Origin: Candidatus Poribacteria bacterium
GTDB taxonomy: Bacteria; Poribacteria; WGA-4E; WGA-3G
Direction of reading: 5' to 3'
Length of the DNA: 64,000 nt
NCBI GenBank assembly: GCA_965205015.1
Contig: OZ242029.1
Coordinates: 1,696,001-1,760,000 of the forward strand
Shown piece after piece: positions 1 to 8,556 of the stretch (positions are counted from its first letter, which is position 1; the number at the start of each line of letters is the position of its first letter). Both the position numbers and the translations under genes were made by a program. The notes beneath the pieces were generated by a model. The model saw nothing but the letters and a program-made list of their open reading frames with translations, ran no database searches and was not told where the DNA came from.

Positions 1-759
1 GTGGTCGAGACCGATCAGGATAGATTTAACATCGTCTCGGTTCGCATAGTTAGCGACGGCTTGCGCATCAATCTTTTTATCATCCTTTTTGCCTGTTTTG
101 GAGATGGCGGTGAACTCCTGTTTTCTTTTACCAATGAAGTCAGTAGGGGTCGTGAGGTCAGTAGGTGTAGGCGGCTTAATATCAAGTTTGTCTATTGTTT
201 CTGTTGTGCCATCAATCTTTTTAAAAATAATTGTTTCGTCATCCGGGGTGTCTCGTTCGATCTGACCAATTTTCCTGTCGTCAAACGTGACAAGAGTGGA
301 AAGGGATTTAGGAAGTTCCCGTTCTCCGTTACCAGTCTTGAGCGTAACGGTCGTTGGGGTTTCCGCAATGATTTCGCCATTTATTTTCTCATTCGTAGGA
401 TCGACTGTTAATTCAGCGTAACCGCGCGCCATCAGATTGGCGAGGTCTTCCACCGGTTCATCGGATGCTGCCCAATGGAGGATTCTGTAAACCGTTGTGG
501 TGTATGGGGAAAGCAGTTTTGGTTCTTCGAGTATGCCGCAAATCAGCTGCGATTTGCCGACCCCCGGTTTTCCACTGGTAACAACGAGGTTGAATTGCTG
601 GAAATCATAGTCGTCCTTAATTTCCTTAATGCGGTCGGCTGTTTCTGGCACTTCGCTCACGAGGTTTACAAATTTCTGTGCGTAATCGCTGATTATTACC
701 CGAAAATTTTTCGGCGACTTTTCCTGTGGCTTCTCTTCTTGTGGATTTGAGTGTATCAT
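1..759 (-). CDS. Dynamin-like GTPase, N-terminal part; runs off the window start and is missing from the ORF track
   Basis: Manual translation from ATG at 759 is open to position 1: MIHSNPQEEKPQEK...FNLVVTSGKPGVGKSQLICGILEEPKLLSPYTTTVYRI. This has a P-loop (GKPGVGKS) followed by an LL.P..TT G2-like segment typical of bacterial dynamin-like proteins. Confidence 0.7.
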   Translation of the reverse strand, partial: MIHSNPQEEKPQEKSPKNFRVIISDYAQKFVNLVSEVPETADRIKEIKDDYDFQQFNLVVTSGKPGVGKSQLICGILEEPKLLSPYTTTVYRILHWAASDEPVEDLANLMARGYAELTVDPTNEKINGEIIAETPTTVTLKTGNGERELPKSLSTLVTFDDRKIGQIERDTPDDETIIFKKIDGTTETIDKLDIKPPTPTDLTTPTDFIGKRKQEFTAISKTGKKDDKKIDAQAVANYANRDDVKSILIGLDH

Positions 760-874
760 AGCGTTTCCTGATGATCACAGAAGGGTTGGTGTGTCGTGGA
801 TGTACTATAACATTCACGACACACAACCGCTATTGAAAAGTTTTAAGAATTTACGCTGTCAATAGATAGTAACT

Positions 875-2059
875 TTATCTGTTTCGGAAACGCTCGTTTC
901 GCTCCTGTTCCGTCATCGTCGATGGCGACCTTTCGGATTCGTGCGACGGCGCGGCATGCCTTGTGACGACAGCAGAACGTCCGGAATCTTCCCAGGCATC
1001 CATAAATTGTGCCATCGGGATTTTTCGCTCGACTCCAGAATCATTGACGACGGCCATCACATTGTCGGGGGCACTCCGATCAACGCCGACAAATACCACA
1101 ACGTAATTCGCACCCCGTCCGGCATCGAAATCGTCATCATAATCTGTTATCAAAGGCACCAACTCATCTCTGTCTATTATAAGTATTGAAACACGTCCTT
1201 CTTGTCTGAGAACCTCCAGTTCATTTACCGTTAACTCCGACATGCGGTCGATCGGAATTTCGAATCTCTCTAAAATATTTCCCACCTGTACAGAAGTTAC
1301 CTCATACGGAGGAAGTACCCCAAACGATGATCCCTGAAACGAACCGTCGACAAGGGCACGAATGGTGAGCCCAGTTTCCGAGACATCTCTCCCATACTCA
1401 GCAAGCACCATCTTTTCTGTAGCTACGATGGGGTCTTCTGACATTTGGCATTTGACGTCATTAAAAGTCCCAGATTCGATGGCTTGGTCAATGCGATTCA
1501 AAAATATGGAGTGCACTTCTGGCGAGAGCGGAATGTTCTGAAGAACCCCAGCTTCTACAATATTCAGTTTTTTATCTGCAACTATCTCATGAAGCACCTT
1601 GACTGCTGTATCAAGGTCAACATTGCGATTAATCTCGCTATCCCTATTTGGGTAGGTGGGCCCCGATTTATCCGAGGTCATCTCCCCAGCCCCATTTCGG
1701 CCAAAGATTTTCTCGCGGACTTCGTCCCCAGTAACCTGCCCATCGTTATTGAGGTCGAAAAGTACCCGGGAGACTTCGTTGAGAGTAACCACTCCATTTT
1801 CGTCTAAGTCGTATTCCTTGTATTTCTGTGTAAGATAGGCAATGCCCTCAATGACGGCTCTGATAATGTTATCGATTGCTATCGATGACCACCTAACATT
1901 CGCCAACGGAGCCGTATGCCCGGAGCCAGTCGAAGTGTGCCCGTTTTCCATTGCGCCGCTACCCATGTGTTGATTCTGTGTGATGGCTATCTGATCTTCC
2001 TTCTCACGTGAGTCTTCATTCTCAGAGTCTTCGGCATTTTCTAATATTTCTTCTAACAT
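875..2059 (-). CDS. EF-hand + C39-like peptidase-domain protein, predicted catalytically inactive paralog
   Basis: EF-hand loops DLDENGVVTLNE and DLNNDGQVTGDE. Co-linear with 2355..3626, but the NC segment is deleted and the catalytic His is replaced by Tyr (GANYVVV). Start placed at MLEEILE (2059) rather than 2326. Confidence 0.65.
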   Translation of the reverse strand: MLEEILENAEDSENEDSREKEDQIAITQNQHMGSGAMENGHTSTGSGHTAPLANVRWSSIAIDNIIRAVIEGIAYLTQKYKEYDLDENGVVTLNEVSRVLFDLNNDGQVTGDEVREKIFGRNGAGEMTSDKSGPTYPNRDSEINRNVDLDTAVKVLHEIVADKKLNIVEAGVLQNIPLSPEVHSIFLNRIDQAIESGTFNDVKCQMSEDPIVATEKMVLAEYGRDVSETGLTIRALVDGSFQGSSFGVLPPYEVTSVQVGNILERFEIPIDRMSELTVNELEVLRQEGRVSILIIDRDELVPLITDYDDDFDAGRGANYVVVFVGVDRSAPDNVMAVVNDSGVERKIPMAQFMDAWEDSGRSAVVTRHAAPSHESERSPSTMTEQERNERFRNR

Positions 2060-2354
2060 TTTTTGGGTCTCCAGATTTGTAACGATAGAAGTTAGGGGGG
2101 CTGTTCCCAGTCCTACTGGTGCTAAACTTGTATTGCACAGCATCCATTGGAAACACAGCAACAAATTTCGGAAACATAAGCTGCATAAATAAAGTTGTGG
2201 AGCATCAGGATAATGGGTATGCTTTAATGAAACCACCCATATAAGGCATACCCGATGTATTATCCTGACAGAAAAGCGTATATCACATTTCTGTTTTCTT
2301 TGCTTGATGGGTTTGCAAAAAAACAAACGCCTATCAGCAGAGGGAGACCGAACT

Positions 2355-3626
2355 TTACCTGTTTCGGAAACGCTCGTTTCGCTCCTGTTCCGTCATCGTC
2401 GATGGCGACATTTCGCATTGGAGCGGCGGAACAGGTTCTGTTGTCACGACAGCATAATTCCCAGCGTCTGCCCAGGCATCCATAAACCGATCGAGCGGAA
2501 TAGCACTTTCTTTTCCGTCCTTAGTGCCGGAATCATTAACGATGACCATGGGGTTATCGGGATCGCTGCGATCGACTCGGATAAATACAACTACGTGATT
2601 GTCACCCCGTCCCTTATCTTCATTGTCATCATATACCCATTTTTCATCTTTCCGCCAGATCTCATCTGCGTCTAACCCAATTATGGGGACACGTCCTTCT
2701 TTTCTGAGATTCTCAAGTTGTTCTATTGTCGCATATGGTAGCTCGACAGTCGGAATACCAAATCGCTCTAAAATTTTTCCGACAAAGAGCGGATTCATCC
2801 CTTCCTGTGGACCTTCGAGCGTTCCGTCTATAAGCGCACGGATGGTGAGAGCAGCTTCCGAGACATATATTCCATACTCAGCAAGCACCATTTTTTGCAC
2901 AACGACGACACAGTTCTCCAACATTTGGTTTTTATAAATCTGGCATTTGACATCATCAAAGACACCAGATTTGATGTCTTGGTCAATTTGAGCCAAAACG
3001 ACTACTCTCGCTGATGGCGAGAGATAAATGGACTGAAGAACAAAAGCCTCTGCAATATCCAGTTCTTTATCTGCAGCGAGGTCATGAATGACCTTGACGA
3101 CTGTATCAACATCAGGATTGAGGTCTCTTACTGATGTTAACGTGTCTTTGAACGCTTTTAAATGCGCCTTAAACAACGCATCCGCCTTGGTCTTAAATGC
3201 CTGATTGTATTCGTCTTTAGTAACATGCCCATCCTCATTTAAATCTGCGACCTTTTTTCTTTCCTCTTCAGTAATCTCCCCATTCTTATTTAGGTCGAAA
3301 ATTGCTTGGCGGCGTTCCTCAGGAGTAGCCTCCCCATCCTTATTTAGGTCGAAAGCTGCCAACCAGATGTCGTTATTAGTAATACGCCCGTTCTTATCTC
3401 TGTCGTATTTCCGAATCTCACGAATTGCTTCTTTGATAACGTCCTCATCCGACATTCTGGCTTCACCGTTACCGGTAGACGAACGCGTATGCCCGGAGGC
3501 ATCCCGAGTTTGCACGCGTTGTGCCGCATGGTTATCCATGGGTGGATCCGATGGGGGTATCACGAGTTCATCACGGGGGTCTTCATGTTCACCTGGGTCT
3601 GTATGTTCAAAAGGGTCGAACGACAT
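2355..3626 (-). CDS. EF-hand + C39-like (papain-fold) cysteine peptidase
   Basis: Four EF-hand-like loops (DRDKNGRIT, DLNKDGEAT, DLNKNGEIT, DLNEDGHVT). Catalytic pattern Q-MLEN-C ... DN-H-VVV ... VN-D-SG ... FMDAW. GGAGG RBS upstream. Confidence 0.75.
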   Translation of the reverse strand: MSFDPFEHTDPGEHEDPRDELVIPPSDPPMDNHAAQRVQTRDASGHTRSSTGNGEARMSDEDVIKEAIREIRKYDRDKNGRITNNDIWLAAFDLNKDGEATPEERRQAIFDLNKNGEITEEERKKVADLNEDGHVTKDEYNQAFKTKADALFKAHLKAFKDTLTSVRDLNPDVDTVVKVIHDLAADKELDIAEAFVLQSIYLSPSARVVVLAQIDQDIKSGVFDDVKCQIYKNQMLENCVVVVQKMVLAEYGIYVSEAALTIRALIDGTLEGPQEGMNPLFVGKILERFGIPTVELPYATIEQLENLRKEGRVPIIGLDADEIWRKDEKWVYDDNEDKGRGDNHVVVFIRVDRSDPDNPMVIVNDSGTKDGKESAIPLDRFMDAWADAGNYAVVTTEPVPPLQCEMSPSTMTEQERNERFRNR

Positions 3627-4341
3627 TTTTTTGCCTCCATATATTGTAATTATAGAAGTTACCGTTGGTTTGTCAAGTTCAAATAATAGAACACTCTATT
3701 TTAGCAATATTTTCATCAGGAAAATATGCATCCATTCAATATATTGTAATTGTTGTAGCAAGTTTCATGCCAATTATCTATTTTAAGAAACATAGGTGGA
3801 CCCTACGTTTGGAAAATTTTCGGATGCGTTCCAAGTCGTTCCAAGTCGATTGCGAGTCTCGACTCTTATCATATTTATGACATTGACCGAGATGGCGACA
3901 CCAAACTTCGGCATCTTCAAAAATCTGCTGTTTCTATAATGTTACTAAATTTGTAATTTTAAGTCAAGTTAAGCAGTGGAAAAAATACAACTTGGCGGAG
4001 ACTCCAAGATGCTACCGAAGACCCCTAAATTGACACCTATGGTGCGGTTTCTCAACCCCACCTACCGGGCCGGGGCTCAAAACGCGTAAAAACGGAAAAC
4101 TAAACAGCCCTATATCGAATTCACATTCGTATAGATTGTCCACTACTTAATTAACCTTCCAAAAGCAAGGTACAATATTCCTATTATCATCACCGTACAC
4201 AAAATCCCGTAAAAGATTTCCATGATTTTTCTCCTGATATAGGGGGAAATCTCCCCGGTTGGTTCTGGTTAAGGATGTGCCCCCGGTCGCTGTGATGGGG
4301 CTAACGTGATTTAAAACCGCCATAGGATTCTTACCCTGTCA

Positions 4342-4449
4342 TTATAGAGTCGGCGGTAAGTCGCCATTTTTTTCAAGACACTTTTTCGTAAAGTAGTATT
4401 TGCCCCACCAGACTGCTATGATGAGAACAACGCAGATAACGAGTTGCAT
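4342..4449 (-). CDS. Small 35-aa membrane peptide (not in the ORF track)
   Basis: Strong RBS GAAAGGAAAGGAGG 8 nt before ATG; MQLVICVVLIIAVWWGKYYFTKKCLEKNGDLPPTL*. Confidence 0.5.
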   Translation of the reverse strand: MQLVICVVLIIAVWWGKYYFTKKCLEKNGDLPPTL

Positions 4450-4559
4450 CGCTGATGCCTCCTTTCCTTTCGGTGAGTTAACGACTGTTAGATGCTTGTG
4501 AGCCAACTACCTGTCGATTCTGCCCCTGCCAAAGAGATGAGTGCCGCAAAGGAATATCC

Positions 4560-5123
4560 TCATTTTGTCCTACCTTCTAAAATGCGCATATGATGTGCAT
4601 CTAAAACACGATGATCGATGTCACCGCAAACGTAGGTGTCGTCTTCAAATTCAATGAGAAGCCGCACAAACGGTACAGCGAGGCTATAGAAAACACATCC
4701 AGCGATGGCGATCCCTTTAAAAATCCACTCCCACGGTAGTGTTACTGAGACCGGAAACATCAGAATTATCAACGAAAAAGCCAGGGACATTGGCAACCGT
4801 GAAAAGTCAACCGCTACAGGTAATGTCCATGTGCGAAGTGCCTCTTTCAAACACTTGGATCTATCGCACAACATCACGTTCCGAATTGCCGGGGCGGTTT
4901 GGATTTGCTCTTCCGACTTAACCGGCAAGTCAAACCGAATCGTCTCATCTTCAATATGAAGGTGCCCGACCCCCTTACGGAATTGGTTGCTGTCGCCGTG
5001 TCGGACGTGGAATTTGAATGTATTGTAAGCCATTATTTCCTCCGCCTTGCGGGTTGTGTGAAGTGGAGGCGACATCGGGTCCCTCCACTTCAGCAGTATC
5101 AATAATAACCCCTTATGCTTCAT
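4560..5123 (-). CDS. Membrane-hairpin protein (beta domain interrupted by two TM helices), family member 1
   Basis: FHVRHGD N-terminal motif, two hydrophobic segments, C-terminal VRLLIEFEDDTYVCGDID. The start may be at MAYNTF. Confidence 0.6.
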   Translation of the reverse strand: MKHKGLLLILLKWRDPMSPPLHTTRKAEEIMAYNTFKFHVRHGDSNQFRKGVGHLHIEDETIRFDLPVKSEEQIQTAPAIRNVMLCDRSKCLKEALRTWTLPVAVDFSRLPMSLAFSLIILMFPVSVTLPWEWIFKGIAIAGCVFYSLAVPFVRLLIEFEDDTYVCGDIDHRVLDAHHMRILEGRTK

Positions 5124-5838
5124 CGGTGAGGAGTTCCGAAGTTTGTTCCTGCTCGGAGCTCACGGATTCAGACTGCCAGAAGGGTTGATGCATACAAGCA
5201 TCCAATAAAATAAAAGCGATTTCCGGTAGATCCGCGATGATAAAGGGCTGTTTTTGTTCTTCAGCCGCGTCGTCAGACTCGATGGGTTTGAATTCCATGA
5301 GGCATCGAACACGTTGCTGTAGTGACGATGCCGCAAGCCCGATGATCGCCGAAATTTCCGCCCATACCGGAATTAAATCGCTGATCACTGAAAACACGCT
5401 AAACGATACTGTGCTAATCGCACCACTGGTTGAGACTGAGACTGCCTTTTCGCAGCGTCTCAGGGTTTCAATATCGTCCAGTATAAAAGTCATCATGACC
5501 TCTTCGTCATGGAGCACCTCGCCGCTACGACAGCCGATAATAACATTTGGGGTGCCATCACAGGTGGTATCAAATACAATCGCACCGTCTGCCTCGCCAA
5601 CCCAACGAGAAAACAAGCGGTCAGGATAAGCGTCCCTATGGTCGTGTGCCTTATCAAAATAGCCACGATGAATCCGAATCGGTAGTGAGATGGGCTTTTC
5701 TTCGGATTGGATTTTTCGACGTAGCACGATCCATGTCCTTTTGAACACTTCGCTCGGGAGCAGGGAACCGTGGCTGACTCGGATCGGGTGCCCCTCAAAC
5801 TTAGAGGGGACAAACTTAGAGGGGACAAACTGTGTCAT
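5113..5838 (-). CDS. Membrane-hairpin protein, family member 2
   Basis: IRVSHGS/IRIHRGY motifs, hydrophobic hairpin, then RVRCLMEF...FIIADLP. A 15-bp tandem repeat at the 5' end encodes FVPSK twice. Confidence 0.6.
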   Translation of the reverse strand: MTQFVPSKFVPSKFEGHPIRVSHGSLLPSEVFKRTWIVLRRKIQSEEKPISLPIRIHRGYFDKAHDHRDAYPDRLFSRWVGEADGAIVFDTTCDGTPNVIIGCRSGEVLHDEEVMMTFILDDIETLRRCEKAVSVSTSGAISTVSFSVFSVISDLIPVWAEISAIIGLAASSLQQRVRCLMEFKPIESDDAAEEQKQPFIIADLPEIAFILLDACMHQPFWQSESVSSEQEQTSELLTDEA

Positions 5839-6021
5839 TTATTTTTTCCTCCTATTCCAGCTGTTGTAATGCTGGCGTTTGGTCATACGGTAAGTCTGCC
5901 GTTGATTGGTTAATGCTGGATCGCGATGCTGGCGTTTGGTCATTTTGACTATCTCGCGAACGAGACTTCTATGGAGGGCGCGCCATATCTCGATCGAAGG
6001 AGCGGCAATAAACTTTGTCAT
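5839..6021 (-). pseudogene. Short ORF, probable remnant of a membrane-hairpin family C-terminus with internal repeats
   Basis: SLVRE segment shares CTCGCGAACGAGAC with the end of 6055..6831; MTKRQH is encoded twice (ATGCTGGCGTTTGGTCAT repeat). Confidence 0.35.
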
Positions 6022-6054
6022 CTTTTTCTCCTGTAATGCTGGCGTGTAGTTTGG

Positions 6055-6831
6055 TTAATGCTGAAGGCACACTGAGACATCAGCACTCGACACTACTTTG
6101 TGGGTAGCCTCGCGAACGAGACGCTTAAATATATCGTAGTCGCGCTTCGGGGCAGAGCCGGTGAGGTGGAGTCCAGCGGTTTCTGCTTCAAAATGGACGG
6201 ACCTTCCCAAAGTTAACAACTTCCTTACCCCGATGGCAGCAGCGGCACTAATAATGGCAGCAGGTATTGAGGGCACAAACGGTGTGAGGAGGGCAGTCCC
6301 GCCAACGAGTGTAATCAGACCTGCTATCCCTCTGACGATTTTCCGCCACCGCGGTAGTTTTTCAACAAGGAGGAATCCCCACTTGGAGCGTCCTTCGCTC
6401 TCCACGCCAATCACGTCATGCGGGTAAACTGTATGTTCATAGATCACTTCCCCATATTTTTGCTCCCTTTCGGTGTCCCTTCCAGCCAAGATATAGGCAT
6501 AGTCCTCGCCAGTGTTGAGTTTTCCAATATGGAGGTCCTCAATTTTACAACGAGGCTTTACAGAAGACACACCAGAGGAATTCTTCGGTCGGCTCCCGAG
6601 GTCCGAGATTGAGGTATTGAGCGGCTCCCCTAACGGGTTTACCAACCCCGAATCTGTTTGGGAATCGCCACTCTTATTGTTTGGCATCGGGACACCTTCT
6701 GCTGCCGTAGGTGTCTGGATTGACTGGGATACAGTCTCTTTCTTCTTGGGGTCTTTGAAGAGCCATTGACCTATTTTATACGCTACCGCCATTTCTACAA
6801 TGGGGAAGCCCCCAGTAAACAGGGCAATCAT
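6055..6831 (-). CDS. Membrane-hairpin protein, family member 3, with a low-complexity N-terminal extension
   Basis: TM hairpin GIAGLITLVGGTALLTPFVPSIPAAIISAAAAIGV followed by SVHFEAETAGLHLTGSAPK. GAGGA RBS. Confidence 0.65.
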   Translation of the reverse strand: MIALFTGGFPIVEMAVAYKIGQWLFKDPKKKETVSQSIQTPTAAEGVPMPNNKSGDSQTDSGLVNPLGEPLNTSISDLGSRPKNSSGVSSVKPRCKIEDLHIGKLNTGEDYAYILAGRDTEREQKYGEVIYEHTVYPHDVIGVESEGRSKWGFLLVEKLPRWRKIVRGIAGLITLVGGTALLTPFVPSIPAAIISAAAAIGVRKLLTLGRSVHFEAETAGLHLTGSAPKRDYDIFKRLVREATHKVVSSADVSVCLQH

Positions 6832-7265
6832 TAATTAGTCTCCTCTGTAACCAAGTTACTATTTATAGGATTTTGGATATGTGGACCCATTTTTCATTGA
6901 AAGCGGTCCATTATCCGCGGAGTTTCGTAGCGCAAACTTTATGAGGTTCAAATAAATATTTCGGTAATTCCATCCCGAAAAATCACTGTAGGGGGTTTTG
7001 CTTGAGTGTTTCCCCAGGTCTTGTACCTACCCACGCATTACTGATATCTAAAAGAGAGGCATGCCACTTCTTGTGACCATAGACTTGGCTGTTTCACGTG
7101 CCCTTTCCTTTTCGAGTTCTGTATCCAATTTCTCTGTCCCTTCGTCCTTCATAGACTTATACGAAATTAACACAACAATTGATGGGTTCGAGTTGAAACT
7201 TTTTTGTTTATCATCGCTACCAATATCAAACAACTTTTCGCATAGGTGGCAACTTGGGTTATACC

Positions 7266-7301
7266 ATATAAAGAGTTGACAGATGTAACTTCGGACAAAA
7301 A
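7266..7301 (-). promoter_or_regulatory. Putative alternative-sigma promoter, motif TTTTGTCCG-N17-YCTT
   Basis: Minus strand reads TTTTTGTCCG aagttacatctgtcaac TCTTTATAT; same spacing as the copies at 8336, 14117 and 27680. Confidence 0.45.
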
Positions 7302-7502
7302 TGCAAATTCGGTGTCCGATTGTAATAACACAACGTTCACCAGTAAACACACCCATCCCTTGTTAGGTGAGTTCTCTGAGGCTCGCCTTTTCTCATTGCC
7401 AAATTAGCAAGAAAGTGTCCTCACTTACCCCCATTTTTTATCGAAGCCTTGTGTTAGCAGATATTTGATTGAAAATGTAGGGGAAAGGCAGTGGAATTAT
7501 AG

Positions 7503-7565
7503 TAAAATACCTCCTTACGACCCAATATTTATCAGCAACTGATAAAACTGTAAGGAGGTATTTTA
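7503..7565. promoter_or_regulatory. Long hairpin whose 3' arm contains a Shine-Dalgarno (anti-SD structure)
   Basis: Perfect 16-bp inverted repeat TAAAATACCTCCTTAC/GTAAGGAGGTATTTTA enclosing an 8-bp stem TTTATCAG-caa-CTGATAAA. ATG starts at 7565. Confidence 0.5.
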
Positions 7566-7596
7566 TGAAAAACAGATATGCCCCACACCACTATAA

Positions 7597-8262
7597 TTAC
7601 TGGTGAGAAGAAACGCCACATCGTGGTCTGCGGCGTTCCTTTTTTCGGTTGCGTGGTTCAAACTTCTCCTTTTTCGTGTGGGATCGTTTTCGGCTGTGCT
7701 GTTCTAACTGTTTCATTTTTCGCTTTGACTTTGGCTTCGCATTCGTCTTTGGCTGCACAGGATGTTCCGTTTTCTTATCCTCATGAATTTCCGCGTGCCC
7801 TCTATAGTAAATTACATAATGGAGGCTGCCACTGTGCAAACTCAGTTTTTTTAATCGCGGGCGGGCTATGCATTTAGAACAACTGCATAACGAACGAAAG
7901 AATGACGGGTGTGTGTCTATCCTCCATGATTCAAGGATAAGCAATCTACGCCTACCAGATGCGTTGCGGTGGTGCTTTGGATTCCCTCTGTGTTGAAAAT
8001 CGGAGCAGTACCTGTAGATGAATACGAGTACTTTTCCTCGGTACCGAACGCTGTGTTCGCCTAACGCTATCCATTTCCAGTGGTCCGAATTTTTTGGATG
8101 GAATTGACCTGCATAAACTAATCCACTCGTTTTTTCGATGGGACGAACGAAATAGTCGCTATCCTGATGGTGTCTCAACTGGCTATTATGGCTGTGGGCA
8201 TTCAATACTAGGACCGCCTGTAGCACACAAACAACAATGCCTATTGTATATCTAAGCTTCAT
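7597..8262 (-). CDS. Hypothetical exported protein, His/Lys/Arg-rich
   Basis: Signal-peptide-like N-terminus MKLRYTIGIVVCVLQAVLVLNAHS and a promoter motif about 75 nt upstream. The C-terminal half is low-complexity and may be degraded. Confidence 0.4.
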   Translation of the reverse strand: MKLRYTIGIVVCVLQAVLVLNAHSHNSQLRHHQDSDYFVRPIEKTSGLVYAGQFHPKNSDHWKWIALGEHSVRYRGKVLVFIYRYCSDFQHRGNPKHHRNASGRRRLLILESWRIDTHPSFFRSLCSCSKCIARPRLKKLSLHSGSLHYVIYYRGHAEIHEDKKTEHPVQPKTNAKPKSKRKMKQLEQHSRKRSHTKKEKFEPRNRKKERRRPRCGVSSHQ

Positions 8263-8300
8263 GATGTCTTCCCCTATTGTTGACTTTCATCGGTAGTGAG

Positions 8301-8394
8301 GTGATTTAGGGTTTCCTGTCTGATTAACGCCTACTATTATAAGGTGTGATGGCGTATAAAGCGGACAAAAGGGAAAAATATGCGAATTTTCATT
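8301..8394. repeat. ~94-bp dispersed repeat, copy 1 (contains the TGTCCG promoter motif on the minus strand)
   Basis: GTGATTTAGGGtTTCCTGTCTGATTAACGCCTaCTATTATAAGGTGTGATGGCGTATAAAGCGGACAAAAGGGaAAAATATGCGAATTTTCATT, near-identical to 27644..27737. Confidence 0.85.
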
Positions 8395-8482
8395 CAGTCC
8401 CAATGGACGAGACCGCCCGCCTCTGGGACCGGGAGACAGGGACCTGTCGTTGTGGTCGAGATCTGTGCCTGCTTTCTGCAGA

Positions 8483-8519
8483 TTTCGCGATGGAATTATT
8501 GATCGCTCTCGTCTATATT
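8483..8519 (+). promoter_or_regulatory. Putative ECF-type promoter upstream of the dynamin gene
   Basis: TTTCGCGATGGAATT-N12-CGTCT; identical spacing to the copy at 11436. Confidence 0.55.
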
Positions 8520-8556
8520 TATACTTTACGTTAATTTTCTCAATAGGGAGTAAAAA

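Noticed and set aside
1-826. Track ORFs 1..411(+), 192..380(-), 475..750(+) and 626..826(-)
   Set aside because: These are shadows of the dynamin-like frame 759 to <1 on the minus strand.
2060-2326. Extended N-terminus of ORF 875..2326
   Set aside because: Cys-rich, non-protein-like and absent from the paralog; a downstream start is more likely.
5860-6065. AATGCTGGCG repeats as a possible mini-CRISPR
   Set aside because: The repeats are short, irregularly spaced and lie in coding remnants; no cas genes or regular array are seen anywhere in the window.
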